Origin: the human T2T-CHM13v2.0 reference genome, Homo sapiens | Assembly (NCBI RefSeq): GCF_009914755.1 | Contig: NC_060934.1 | Length of the DNA stretch: 64,000 nt | Reading direction: 5' to 3' (one strand) | Shown: one piece after another, positions 29,901-40,835 of the stretch | How the letters are laid out: every line of letters begins with the position of its first letter | How positions within the stretch are numbered: position 1 is the first letter of the stretch | Position numbers and translations under genes: made by a program | Notes under the pieces: model-generated | Seen by the model: the letters and a program-made list of their open reading frames with translations, nothing else | Databases searched by the model: none | What the model was told of the DNA's origin: nothing

Positions 29901-32900
29901 TTGCCCGTTTTCTCTGATTGATGGTTGCTGATATCCCCTGAAGTTAGTTCCACACCCGAAACCCAAGCCCTCTGGCCACTTCTGCCCAGGAAATGAGAGA
30001 GGGCATGCGATTCCCTTGGCCATGTGGCCCCAGCTGACATGAGACTGGTCAGGGATGAAGGTGAGCAGGAAGGCCCTGCCTGTGAAATTCCTGGCTGAGC
30101 TGATTGCTGCCATTGCTCTAGTAGGAAGTCTTGTTCCTGGAGCAGTGAGTATTTTGTGTCTAGAATCTGATGTGGCAAACCAAACATACTGCAGTTTGGA
30201 GCACTTGGCATCATAAAGGAAGAGTTCTGGGCAGTGGGTGAGAAGGAATTAAGGGAGTGGACACCCTAAGCCACCAAAGCTTCCCTCCTAATGCTTCCCT
30301 GGCTGAAGCACAGGCTCCTTCCCACATCTCCCTCCCTCTAAAAGCCCCAGAACCCAACCACACAGATCCGTCCATCACTCAGAGATGGACAGGAAAGGTG
30401 AGGCAGGATTGTTGATGGCTGCTGTCTTGCCCAGGGAGCAGGGACGCGTGATGGGACCCTGATAAGAAACATCGTTTCAAGGAGCGAGATTGACTTAAAT
30501 CTTATCAAATGTCACTTCAAGAAGATGTACGGCAAGACCCTCAGCAGCATGATCATGGTAAGCAGGCATTCCCAATGCTGAGGCCAGCCTGAAACCCAGA
30601 CATTCAGGGAAACCTGGAGGCTGTGGCCAACACTACGTGAGCCCCTCCCTTCCCAGTGGGCACCATGTGCTTGCATTCATGACCATGTGGTGTGTGCAGG
30701 GAACAGCAGAGGTCAGTGTGGCTGGATCCCAAGGGGAATGGGGGGCAGAGGGGAGATGCAGAGACCAGGGCACAGAGGCTCCCCTGTGTCCCACTCAGAA
30801 AGTTGGTTTCACATTTAAGTTATGGTTGCTCCTTGGAAAAGACACCAAATCCTTGCAGAAGAAGCCACCTCTGAAAAGTCAATGAGATGAACTAGTCCGG
30901 TAGGAATCGGGCCCACCGCTCAAATCCAGATTTAAGTAGTCCTGGCGGCCAACTTCTAAGGAGATAAGTCAGATGAGCGCCAATAGACTATCTAACCAGA
31001 TTCCAATTAGCAAAAGTTCTGGAGCCTTCAAAACACAGACTGATTATCACGCTGCGATAATTGGGAGAAACAGCTCTTCTGGGGGTGTCTGCAAATTGAG
31101 GTCTTGATGATTTCATTAGCAGAAGTCACATTAGGACAAATGTATCCCCAAGTTTTCTTTGGCTACTAAGTCAAGTCTCTAGCTCTTCTGCAAATGTCGT
31201 TGTTAAGTGCACTTTTCAAGAAACACATAGCTGACAATAGGTGGAAAAGACATTTCTGTTTCCAGATGTTTCAAGATGGCAACATCTTGAAACAGGTGGG
31301 CAGGGGCAAGAGAGGATTGGAATTATTCTTGGTTTCACTTGAGGCTCCCCAGCCAATCTTGTCGGGAGACAGGAGGGCAAGGCACACACCAGCCTGGACT
31401 GTGCTGTCACCTGCAGACAGTCTGAGCTGATTGTCATTAACCCTTTTAACCACACATGGTAACTTACGGCATCAGAGAGATTTCTACAGATACATGAAGC
31501 CACCCTCTTCAAATTTTATCTAATGTTGTTACTTAAGAAAATTGAGTTAGAATCATGAATACATTGACCAAACATTTTCTTTTTAGTGTAGACCACAGAT
31601 GTCATTAAAGCAAAAATGGTTTTCAACACTAATATGAGTTAAAAACTCCTGCATTGAAATTAAGAGGCAAATGTATAAACACTTCAAGTATAACTCATGT
31701 ATTTGAAAAAGTAAACAAAATTAATGCTTTTCTTTCTAAAAACTATTAGAAAAATTGTCTTCAAAATAATAAAAATCACCAGGCGTAGTGGCCCACACCT
31801 GTAATCCCAGTGCTTTGGGAGGCCAACGCGGGAGGATCGCTTGAGCCCAGGAGTCCAAGGCTGCCGTGAGCTAGGACTGCATCACTGCACTCCAGCCTGG
31901 GTGACAGAGTGAGACCGTGTCTAGAAAGGAAAAAGTTAAAAAAATTTCATTGTAGTTTGAAACCCGTAATGAGATTTCAGGCTCAAAGCAGGCAAATTTT
32001 ACTAAATGGTGAAAAGTAGACAATAACCATGAGACCTAAACTGGTCCAGAGTGTGGAAAGTGGGTCTAGCCCCAGTCTACCCCTTACTCACCATGCCGTT
32101 GTGAATGAATTCACTCCCCTCTCTTGGCCCCGCTGTCCTCAACTGCATGAAGAAGAATCTGGGTGATCTGACCTGGCCCATTTCCCAGCTCTGTATGCAG
32201 ACCCCGGACTAGCCAGTCCCATCAGGACCTACCAGTATCTAAGAAACAGGGCTCCTCAGTCATCGGACCACAAGGTCAGTCTCATCAGGAGACAAACACT
32301 GTGGACCCGATGTGAGCCAGATGCAGGGCAGACCAGCTCGCCTTCCTCCTGCTGTACCCTCACCACGTCTCAGCAAGATGCACAGCAGCACAGCATTGAT
32401 CTCATTTCATAGATGAGTCCCACAGAGGTGAAGGGGCTTGCCTCGGCCACACCGTCAGGGTGCGATGGTCCAGGCTCCCTCCACCCCCGGCCCTGCTCCC
32501 AGGTGTGTGCTGATGCCTCACTCTCAGCCTTGATTCCCAAGCTGCCACAGCAGGTGTTGAATAATGATGCATCGTGTTGTGTAAATGAATGGCTGGGCAC
32601 CCTGGCTCCCGAATAGAAGAACCCTGGGACAGCTGACCCCTTCCTTGTTTAGGAGTGGAACTGTCTCTGATTCATTTTCCACATCAATCCTGCATGTAGT
32701 TGGTAAGAGAATCAAAAGGAAATGTAAAGGAATAGCCTGAAATTAAAAACCAGGAAAGAGGGGTGATGGCACAACCCCTGCGGCTAGGAACCCTGGAGGG
32801 CCGGGCCAGGTGCAGGCCAGGGGCACACCTCTTAGTCATAATAACACAGCCGCCACTGCCGAGCCAGGCACAAACAAACCCCTTCTCACGCTTATGCGCC

Positions 32901-32972
32901 TCCTACCCACAGGAAGACACCAGCGGCGACTACAAGAACGCCCTGCTGAGCCTGGTGGGCAGCGACCCCTGA
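17894..32972 (+). CDS. ANXA8L1: Annexin A8 / A8-like 1: 12 coding exons, 327 aa, frame intact
   Basis: Exon lengths 21+91+95+114+91+80+60+94+96+59+123+60 = 984 nt, reading MAWWKAWIEQEG...[10 protein letters not shown], with four annexin repeats. ANXA8L1 rather than ANXA8 is inferred from neighbours (FAM25 pseudogene upstream; CpG-island lncRNA and HNRNPA1 pseudogene downstream). Confidence 0.93.
20919..20998. repeat. (GGAT)n tetranucleotide repeat in ANXA8L1 intron 1
   Basis: Direct inspection. Confidence 0.9.
21927..22017 (+). CDS. ANXA8L1: ANXA8L1 exon 2 (IEQEG...MKGI)
   Basis: Acceptor TTGCAG|, donor |GTGAGT. Confidence 0.95.
23188..23282 (+). CDS. ANXA8L1: ANXA8L1 exon 3 (GTNEQ...QFGK), GC donor; alternative upstream acceptor at 23074
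   Basis: Acceptor CTGCAG|. The donor AAG|GCAAGG is required to join in frame to DLTETL. Confidence 0.92.
24621..24734 (+). CDS. ANXA8L1: ANXA8L1 exon 4 (DLTET...DAMK)
   Basis: CATTAG| and |GTAACC. Confidence 0.95.
25498..25588 (+). CDS. ANXA8L1: ANXA8L1 exon 5 (GLGTK...VYEE)
   Basis: CCACAG| and |GTAAGG. Confidence 0.95.
26248..26327 (+). CDS. ANXA8L1: ANXA8L1 exon 6 (DYGSS...CLLQ)
   Basis: CTGCAG| and |GTGTCA. Confidence 0.95.
26816..26875 (+). CDS. ANXA8L1: ANXA8L1 exon 7 (GSRDD...QDAQ)
   Basis: TCCTAG| and |GTGAGG. Confidence 0.95.
27422..27515 (+). CDS. ANXA8L1: ANXA8L1 exon 8 (DLYAA...HLLR)
   Basis: TGCTAG| and |GTACCA. Confidence 0.95.
27754..27849 (+). CDS. ANXA8L1: ANXA8L1 exon 9 (VFEEY...MLTV)
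   Basis: CCACAG| and |GTAAGA. Confidence 0.95.
28085..28210. repeat. Degenerate (TG)n tract in intron 9
   Basis: Direct inspection. Confidence 0.85.
29628..29686 (+). CDS. ANXA8L1: ANXA8L1 exon 10 (VKCTQ...YAMK)
   Basis: TGCCAG| and |GTAACT. Confidence 0.95.
30435..30557 (+). CDS. ANXA8L1: ANXA8L1 exon 11 (GAGTR...SMIM)
   Basis: GCCCAG| and |GTAAGC. Confidence 0.95.
31778..31945 (+). mobile_element. Alu monomer (FRAM/FAM-like) in intron 11
   Basis: Single monomer ending in GAGTGAGACCGTGTCT plus an A-rich tail. Confidence 0.8.
32913..32972 (+). CDS. ANXA8L1: ANXA8L1 exon 12, coding part (EDTSG...GSDP*)
   Basis: CCACAG|; TGA at 32970-32972. Confidence 0.95.
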   Translation, partial: EDTSGDYKNALLSLVGSDP

Positions 32973-33586
32973 GGCACAGAAGAACAAGAGCAAAGACCAT
33001 GAAGCCAGAGTCTCCAGGACTCCTCACTCAACCTCGGCCATGGACGCAGGTTGGGTGTGAGGGGGGTCCCAGCCTTTCGGTCTTCTATTTCCCTATTTCC
33101 AGTGCTTTCCAGCCGGGTTTCTGACCCAGAGGGTGGAACCGGCCTGGACTCCTCTTCCCAACTTCCTCCAGGTCATTTCCCAGTGTGAGCACAATGCCAA
33201 CCTTAGTGTTTCTCCAGCCAGACAGATGCCTCAGCATGAAGGGCTTGGGGACTTGTGGATCATTCCTTCCTCCCTGCAGGAGCTTCCCAAGCTGGTCACA
33301 GAGTCTCCTGGGCACAGGTTATACAGACCCCAGCCCCATTCCCATCTACTGAAACAGGGTCTCCACAAGAGGGGCCAGGGAATATGGGTTTTTAACAAGC
33401 GTCTTACAAAACACTTCTCTATCATGCAGCCGGAGAGCTGGCTGGGAGCCCTTTTGTTTTAGAACACACATCCTTCAGCAGCTGAGAAATGAACACGAAT
33501 CCATCCCAACCGAGATGCCATTAACATTCATCTAAAAATGTTAGGCTCTAAATGGACGAAAAATTCTCTCGCCATCTTAATAACAA

Positions 33587-33807
33587 AATAAACTACAAAT
33601 TCCTGACCCAAGGACACTGTGTTATAAGAGGCGTGGGCTCCCCTGGTGGCTGACCAGGTCAGCTGCCCTGGCCTTGCACCCCTCTGCATGCAGCACAGAA
33701 GGGTGTGACCATGCCCTCAGCACCACTCTTGTCCCCACTGAACGGCAACTGAGACTGGGTACCTGGAGATTCTGAAGTGCCTTTGCTGTGGTTTTCAAAA
33801 TAATAAA
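33587..33807 (+). terminator. Two ANXA8L1 polyadenylation signals
   Basis: AATAAA at 33587-33592 and 33802-33807, in the 3'UTR. Confidence 0.75.
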
Positions 33808-33904
33808 GATTTGTATTCAACTCAAAGTATCTTTGGATGTTTAGCAGGGACCAGTGTAGGACCAATTTAATTTGTCAGAAACAGAGCTTTGGGGAGCCAC
33901 GAAG

Positions 33905-34000
33905 CCTGAGCGCCTCGTGGGCATCTCCCAGTGGGAACACTGGATGGGCTGTACCTGAGCACCTCGTGGGCATCTCCCAGTGGGAACACTGGATGGGCTG
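33905..34000. repeat. 49-bp tandem duplication
   Basis: CCTGAGC(G/A)CCTCGTGGGCATCTCCCAGTGGGAACACTGGATGGGCTG at 33905 and 33954. Confidence 0.92.
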
Positions 34001-34182
34001 CAGCCACCGCTGCCCTGGGGACAACTCTTGCAAATGAGGGTAGATTCTATTCACCTCCTGATGTGTAGGCTACATCCTTGTATCTCAGGGTTAGAGAGGG
34101 ATTTAAAGTCAGCTGGTGCTGTTCCAACCTGTGGCCTGACTACCCCCTTGGCATCCACCCAGGGGTGGTCCTTGGTGTGCTT

Positions 34183-34253
34183 GGGGTGCACTTGGGTACT
34201 CAGGGTGTACTGGTGATACTCAGGGTGCAGTTGAGTACTCCGGGTGCACTTGG
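34183..34253. repeat. Degenerate 19-20-bp minisatellite (~4 copies, GGGTGCACTTGGGTACTC-like)
   Basis: Units start at about 34183, 34202, 34222 and 34241. Confidence 0.7.
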
Positions 34254-34688
34254 CTGCCTCCAAAGATGGGACTCACTGCGTCCTTTGACAGCCCAATCTT
34301 TTTCCAATGGATGTGACCAGCAAAGTTCTTGTTTTACCTGAACCAAAATCAGCCGCATCAAGCCCACACCTCTGCCATCTAGGGCCACAACACTTATTCC
34401 CTCCCAGTAACAACATTTTGGATATCTGAAGAAGGCCCACAAATTCTGCGATGACCTCTGTCAAAGCCCAGTGTCCCCAGTCCCTTCAGTGGTCCCTCCT
34501 GGAGCCTGTTTGGGGCCATCACCCCTGAACATGCTCCAGTTTGCAAACTTCCCCTCAAGTGGCCCTGAGGGGTAAGCGTGTGCCCAGGAACCAGCCTGAT
34601 CAGGGAGATGGGAATAGCGTGGGCTCTGAATTCACTTGGACGGGAGGCAGATTCTGGCTCTGCCCTGCACCAGCTCCATGACTTTGAC

Positions 34689-35086
34689 TGTGTTAGGCTA
34701 TTCTTGTGTTGCCATAAAGCAATACCTGAGTCTGGGTAATTTATTTAAAAAGGGGGTTTAATTGGCTCACAGTCCTGCAGGCTATATAGGAAGCATGGTG
34801 CCGGCATCTGCTCAGCTTCTGGGGAGGCCTCTGGAGGGACCTTACAGTCATGGCAGAAGGTGAAGGGGGAGCCAACATCACGTAGCGAGAGTGGGAGCAA
34901 GAGAGGTGGGGGGAGGTGCCACACACTTTTAAACAGCCAGATCCTGTCAGAGCTCAAGATGGTGAGGACAGCATCAGGCCATGAGGGATCTGCCCCCTGA
35001 CCTAAACACCTCCCACCAGGCCCCACCTCCAACACTGGGGATCACATTTCAACATGAAATTTGGAGGGGATATCCAAACTATATCA
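34689..35086 (-). mobile_element. MSTB-like MaLR solo LTR inserted into a MIR
   Basis: TGTGTTAGG...CCAAACTATATCA termini, 5-bp TSD-like TTGAC/GTGAC, MIR-like flanks. Confidence 0.8.
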
Positions 35087-35149
35087 GTGACTGAGTCACT
35101 TACTCTCTCTCTGAGCCTCAGTTTCCTCACATTTCTATACAGGGTGGGC

Positions 35150-36253
35150 TCCCAGTTACAACTGCTGCCTTTCGAACCACCCCAGAGCCAGTAGCATAAA
35201 ATCCTCATGTATAATGTTCACAGATTCTGTGGGTCAGCAGTTCTGGAGGGCACAGCAAGGTGCTTGTCTCTGACCCAACAAGTAAGACGACTCAGTCTCA
35301 GTTGGGAAGACCTGAAGGTTGGGGTGACTCTAGGGCAGAGGGGTGCAACCATCTGGATGCCTCTTCACTCACATGTTGGGCCCCTGGTGAGATGGCTGGA
35401 AGGCCAGGCTCAACTGGGACTGTCCCCTGCGCTCCTACACGTAGCTTCTCCAGCAAGGTGGCCTCAGGGTAGCAAGTGGTAGGGCTCCACCGTCTCCCAG
35501 TGGACAAGAAGGACACCACATTGCCTTCTGTGAGTTAGCGTCAGGAGTCACATGGCATCACTTCCCCGGTGCCCTATCAGTTGAAGACACCACAAGCCAC
35601 CCCAGCTTCAAGGAAAGGGGACACAGACCCAATCTGTCAATGAGAAGAGTGTCAACGAATCTGGGGGCTGTTTTTAAATCCACCACAAGTGGTGCTCAGA
35701 ATATTTAACAACTGGTGCAGCACAACCCACTCACCTGAATGGGTGCTGTCTGCAGGGGTGGAGCAGAGCTCGAGTAGCGGCCCCTGCAGGGCCAGGCCTC
35801 AACCCTTAGTGCTGGATGGCAGGGTGTCTGTGGGGCCCCAGGGGAGGCTCCTGGGTGTTGGGGATGCAGCAGCTATTCACCAACATGTCTTAGTCTTTTC
35901 AGACTGACATACAAAATACCATAAATAGGTGGCTTAAATAACAGACACTTATTTTGCACAGTTCTGGAGGCTGGGAAGTCTAAGATCAATTCAGTTCCTG
36001 GGGAGGGCCTCTTCCTGGCTTGCGGACGGCTGCCTTTTTGACACGTCCTCCCATGACCTTTCCTCTGTGCTTACACCTGGTCACGGGGGGAAGAGCTCTC
36101 TCTCTCTCCTGCTCTTTTCATAAGATCACTATACCATCATGAGGGCCCCGCCCTCATAACCTCATCTAATCCTAATTAGCTTCCAAAGGCTCATCTCCAA
36201 ACACCAGCAAACTGGGGGTAAGGGCTTCAACAATACACAATCAGACTGTAACA
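35150..36253 (-). mobile_element. Two MLT1-family MaLR LTRs (~35150-35680 and an MLT1A-like copy at ~35886-36253)
   Basis: MLT1 motifs (CACAGATTCTGTGGGTCAG; AATACCATAAATAGGTGGCTTAAATAACAGACAC...CAGTTCTGGAGGCTGGGAAGTC). Confidence 0.65.
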
Positions 36254-36452
36254 CAGCAAGGCAGGGGCCCTTCGGGAGTTTAACAACCTTTTAGTAGTTG
36301 TATCAGTGTGCGTCTCTTGGATCCCAGCCCTGGGTGAGAATTCTTATTCCTTTTCTTTCAGTTCAAGTCCTGCTTTGTGTGCAGACTTGCTTTCAGTTCT
36401 GAGCCATTGCCTAGCTGCTTTCTGCCAAAGCTCTTTAGAAAGGACTTAGAGG

Positions 36453-36783
<331 letters not shown>

Positions 36784-37404
36784 AAGGACTTAGAGGATCT
36801 CTCTGCCCTGCAAGCTCCCCTGACCACTGGTTCGATGGGTTCTTTTGCAGCCCACCCCAAAACAGGCCTCATGTGGCCAAACAGGAGCCTTGAGAAGAGC
36901 TGCAGCCAAGGAAATTTGGTCAAGTCCAAGTACATGCCCAGCAAGGGGATCTGCTTAAGCAGAGTCATGAAGTTGATCATCTCCCCTGATGGGGCAGAAT
37001 GGACATCACCCCCACTGCCTCCCTGCCAGCAGAGAAATGTGGGACAGGCCTGGAAGCAAGAGGTCTCCTCAGATTAGAGGGGAAGCTCTCTCTGCCTGGG
37101 GTCAGAGCTGGAGCAGCATGGGTGTAAGGGGTCACGGCCCCATGTGCTGACTCCCACCAGGTGACCCCCATGGCACCTGGGGAAGGAAGCAAAGGGGCCC
37201 TGGCCAGGACACCAGCAGCATCCACAGCACCTGCTAATCATTTTTGCTGGAGTAACCTTTTGGGCACTTCTGGTAAAGCAGACACGCTCCACAGGTGCTT
37301 TTGCAATTGCTCTTTGGAATTTGTTAAAAACACACCTATGTTTTTAAAGATAATTTGGAGTCTGCCCAGTTTAATTTCAGCATAGGGGAAAAATAAGGGA
37401 ATAG

Positions 37405-37853
37405 TGACAAAGTTTCTTTGCTTGAGCAAACTTGAGTCAGGCTCCTGAACCTTCTAGGCTCATCTGTGTACTTTCTTGTAAAATTCAATTTGAGCAAGAA
37501 TCCCACTAAGTCAATTCAGCAAGAACTCCCCTTGTTCCTATCTGACCACTCCCAATATCCGATCAGGGTCCTCATCCTCCACCTTCCCAGGTGATGTCTG
37601 GTCACCCTGGCCTTTCTTCAGCAGGTCTCCTGTTAGGTCAGTTTAGCCAGCATCACCCTCACCCCTGGCATTTCCTCTTGGTAATTTTCCATCTTTCAAC
37701 TCCTACCTGCTCCATGGCTCCAAGTCTCAACTTCTCATGCTGTTTTTAGAATCAGCCTGACTGTATATTGAGGTCTCTTTTCGCTTATTGCAATAGTCCT
37801 GAATAAAATCTGGTTTTACTACTTTATCGTCTAGCTCTGGTTTTTCTTTGCCA
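37405..37853 (+). mobile_element. ERV1 solo LTR, MER31-like
   Basis: Starts TGACAAAG...CAAACTTGAGTCAGGCTCCTGAACC, has AATAAA near the 3' end, ends in CA. Confidence 0.7.
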
Positions 37854-40129
37854 TAGGTATTCCCTACCTGTAGCCTTGCCATAGCTCTATCATCGTTGCT
37901 TTTTAATTCCCTCCAAGAGATGATATCTACATATACTCCTTCTCTATCCTCAGATCAATGTTTTGCATTTCCTAGGAGCTGAATTCCTTTTCTTCCATTG
38001 CAGCACTGGCTGGGAGAGAAGGCACAACATGGTCCAGCATACTGAGCCCCAAGTTTGTCCTGCAGCATGATTTGAGACACAGTGTTCGTGCCGCACAGAA
38101 TTCTGTGAGCCGTCCAATAGCCTTTCATACATTTGTTTTCTGCTTAAACTACAGAGTAGATGCTCTTGTCAGCACCTAAGAACACCCTCTATTACACAGA
38201 ACTACACCCTAATGACATTTTATCTGTTTACGTGTCCTCTCAGAAAAGCTGTGAGCCCCTTGAAGGCAGGAACTTTATTTGTTTTTAAACATTCAGGGCC
38301 TAGTAGATAGCAGGCTTTCAACAAATATTTTTGAATAACAACAAACAAGAGTATGGACTTTGGGAACAGGAGAGCCTAGTAGCCAGCGAGCCTGAGCCAA
38401 TCCTTGATGGCCTCCAATTCTGAGAAGAATCTCTGGGCCCCCTTAGGCTCCCTGTGGAAGAAAGCTTACCCAGTCAATCCTAATAAAAATACTTCTGAGA
38501 CAGATCTAACAGGACAAAGTGGAGTCTCTCCACTCTTTCAGTAGCTCCTTCACCCCAGGTGCTGTTTGGGGTTCTGACACTGCCATGGCATGGCCAGCAG
38601 GATGGCCCCTAGGGCTCCTGGGGCTGCTCTATAAGAGCTTCCCACCCCTGACCTGCAGTCCATGAGGGCAAAGCCAGATCCGGGCACATGCCCATCCGTG
38701 TTGTTCTCATGCTCTCAGGGGGTAGAGCTAGTGTGTTGGACTTGGCATGTTTAGGGTCACCTCCCTGAGGGTTGACAACCTGAGCAAAATCAGCATTCCC
38801 TTGGCAAGGAATAAAGGGGGAATGGATTTGTGGTCAGCAACCCACCGCCAAGCATTCTGCCTGCAACAGGGTGGGGCTGGCCAGGGGAGGCTCCTCAGGG
38901 AAGGTGAAAGCTGTGCAGAGTTTTGCAGGATGACTCAGTGCTTATCAGGTAGACAGATAAGGAAGAACATTCCAGGGAGAGGGAGGAATGCTAACAACAG
39001 CAGGGGATCTGGTCTGTACTAGACATGCCAAAGGAATGGTGTGTCCATATCAACAGAGGAGGGAGAGACAGAAGAGAAAGAGCTTGTCAGGGCCTGAGTC
39101 AGAGCGGGCTCATGCTGTGGGGCTAAGAAGCTCAAATGATTTCCAGAGACAGTGGGGAAGCTTTACAGGGACAGGCAGGGGAAGATCTTAACCCGGCTTT
39201 CGTAGGCCTCTGGCTTGAGTATAGAAGGTGAGTCTGGGACAGGGAGCCCAGCGCCGAAGTGTTGCAACACTATAGGGAGACATACAGACCAATTCCCTCC
39301 CACCTAACAGCTCTGTGCTTTGGGGTCCTGGGTTAGTTTCCTGGGAGAAGGCTGGCCTTGGCTACCTCTGTCCTTGACCAAGGACATCGTTTTAAATATT
39401 TGTGATGTGTCCTAGGCCACTGCATCTCTGTCCCTGTAGCGAAGAGAAGATACTGATTCCTAAGCTCCTACTCTGAGAACACAAATATCTGCAATACCTC
39501 GGTAAGCCCTAGGCCTGAGTGTGAGGTTGCAGGCACTTCCATGGCCCCATGCAGGTGTCTAAGTTCCCTCGTGGTATTTGGCCAAGGGGGGCCCTGTGTG
39601 ATGCCCTAGCGCGGTGACTACCCGTGTTCCTGGCCCATGGGCATCTTCCACGGAATTCTGGGCTTAGCCTGGGGATTCATGCGGGCGCATCTCTGTGATC
39701 TGCTCTGGAGCAGGATGTACATCAGGTCTCTCAGACCTGAGTCCCTGGTGCCTGGCGCTCAGCCTTGACTGAAGTGCTCGGCCCACCCTGCTGGGCCAGC
39801 CAGCTCCTGCTCAGGGCCACAGCCCTGTAACCACGGCTTCCTCCCCAGGACTCAGGAATTCTCCCACTCCGGAATGCCTTGCTGCTGGGGTGACCAGGTC
39901 TTCACTTGTGAAACAGGAGTCAGCCACCTCAGCCCTGCGCCTGGCCTGGTGGAACATGGGTCACCGCCCCAACCTGGGGCAGCCGCCCCATCCCAACGCA
40001 GTTGCTGCCGCTCTCCATGCCTCCCTGTGCCCAGCTAACTGGGGGACTTGTCCCCTGGGAAAACCTGGGTACCCAGGCTGCCTTTGGTTTCAGCCCCTAC
40101 TCCTCTTCCCGGGCTGCCTTTGCTCCCCG

Positions 40130-40680
40130 GAAGACCCCTTTCCCCGGGCTGTGTTCACATCGGCTGGGAAGGGTCCCTTGCAGACAGATCTTGGACGAGG
40201 TCGCGTCCCCCCTCGTGACCAGCAAACTCCTAAAAGCGGCCCTTGCCCCAGAGCCCCTGTAGCCTCCAACCGGCAGTCAGGAGGCAGCGCCGTCTCAGCG
40301 CCGCTTAGTGGCGCCAGGCGTGCCTGGAAATCCGCTTTCGCAGCGCCCCCTCGTAGCCGCCTCCGCCCGCAGAAAGGCGTTCCCTGGACAGAGAAGCGGG
40401 CGCGCGGGGGCGGGCGCGCGGGGCCTTGCCGGAGAACCTGACTCTCCGCAGCAGCAGTGGAAGCCGGAGTGACGCGTTGTGTTGAACACCAGTTTTCTGG
40501 AGCGCTGTGTGTTCTTAACAGCTGAGCAGTCTGTTTCTCCAATCAGGTTTCAAAGCCACTTCAACTGCACTGGCCCCTGTGGGTCACTGCTGCACCGCCC
40601 TGACCCATGTGGGTCCCTGAGGAGCGACCTGCCGGGGCCACCTGGCTGGACGAAAAAGACACACCTTGGACTTAAGCCGT
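40130..40680 (+). promoter_or_regulatory. CpG-island promoter with GC box, half-CRE and CTCF-like motifs
   Basis: Sharp CpG enrichment; GGGGCGGG near 40407; TGACG at 40470-40474; CAGCGCCCCCTCGTAGCC at 40341-40358. Confidence 0.8.
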
Positions 40681-40835
40681 GAGAAAAAAACTTCATCAGT
40701 AAGAAGAATGAATAAACAGACTAGGTTGAATCCATACAATGGAATGTTAGCAGACAATAAAAAGAAAATGAACTATTGATGTCCCCTACTGCACAGCAGA
40801 AGCTCTGAATCGTGTTCCTGAATGAAAGAAGTCAG
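40440..40835 (+). ncRNA. LINC00842: Probable first exon of the lncRNA LINC00842 (start approximate)
   Basis: CpG island followed by a strong donor CAG|GTATGA at 40835/40836, with no credible CDS. Identity is inferred from the recalled gene order ANXA8L1-LINC00842. Confidence 0.5.

Noticed and set aside
39890-40542. ORFs of 183 aa (+) and 150 aa (-) over the CpG island
   Set aside because: Stop-codon depletion is expected in GC-rich DNA. No domain similarity, and the + ORF starts at GTG.
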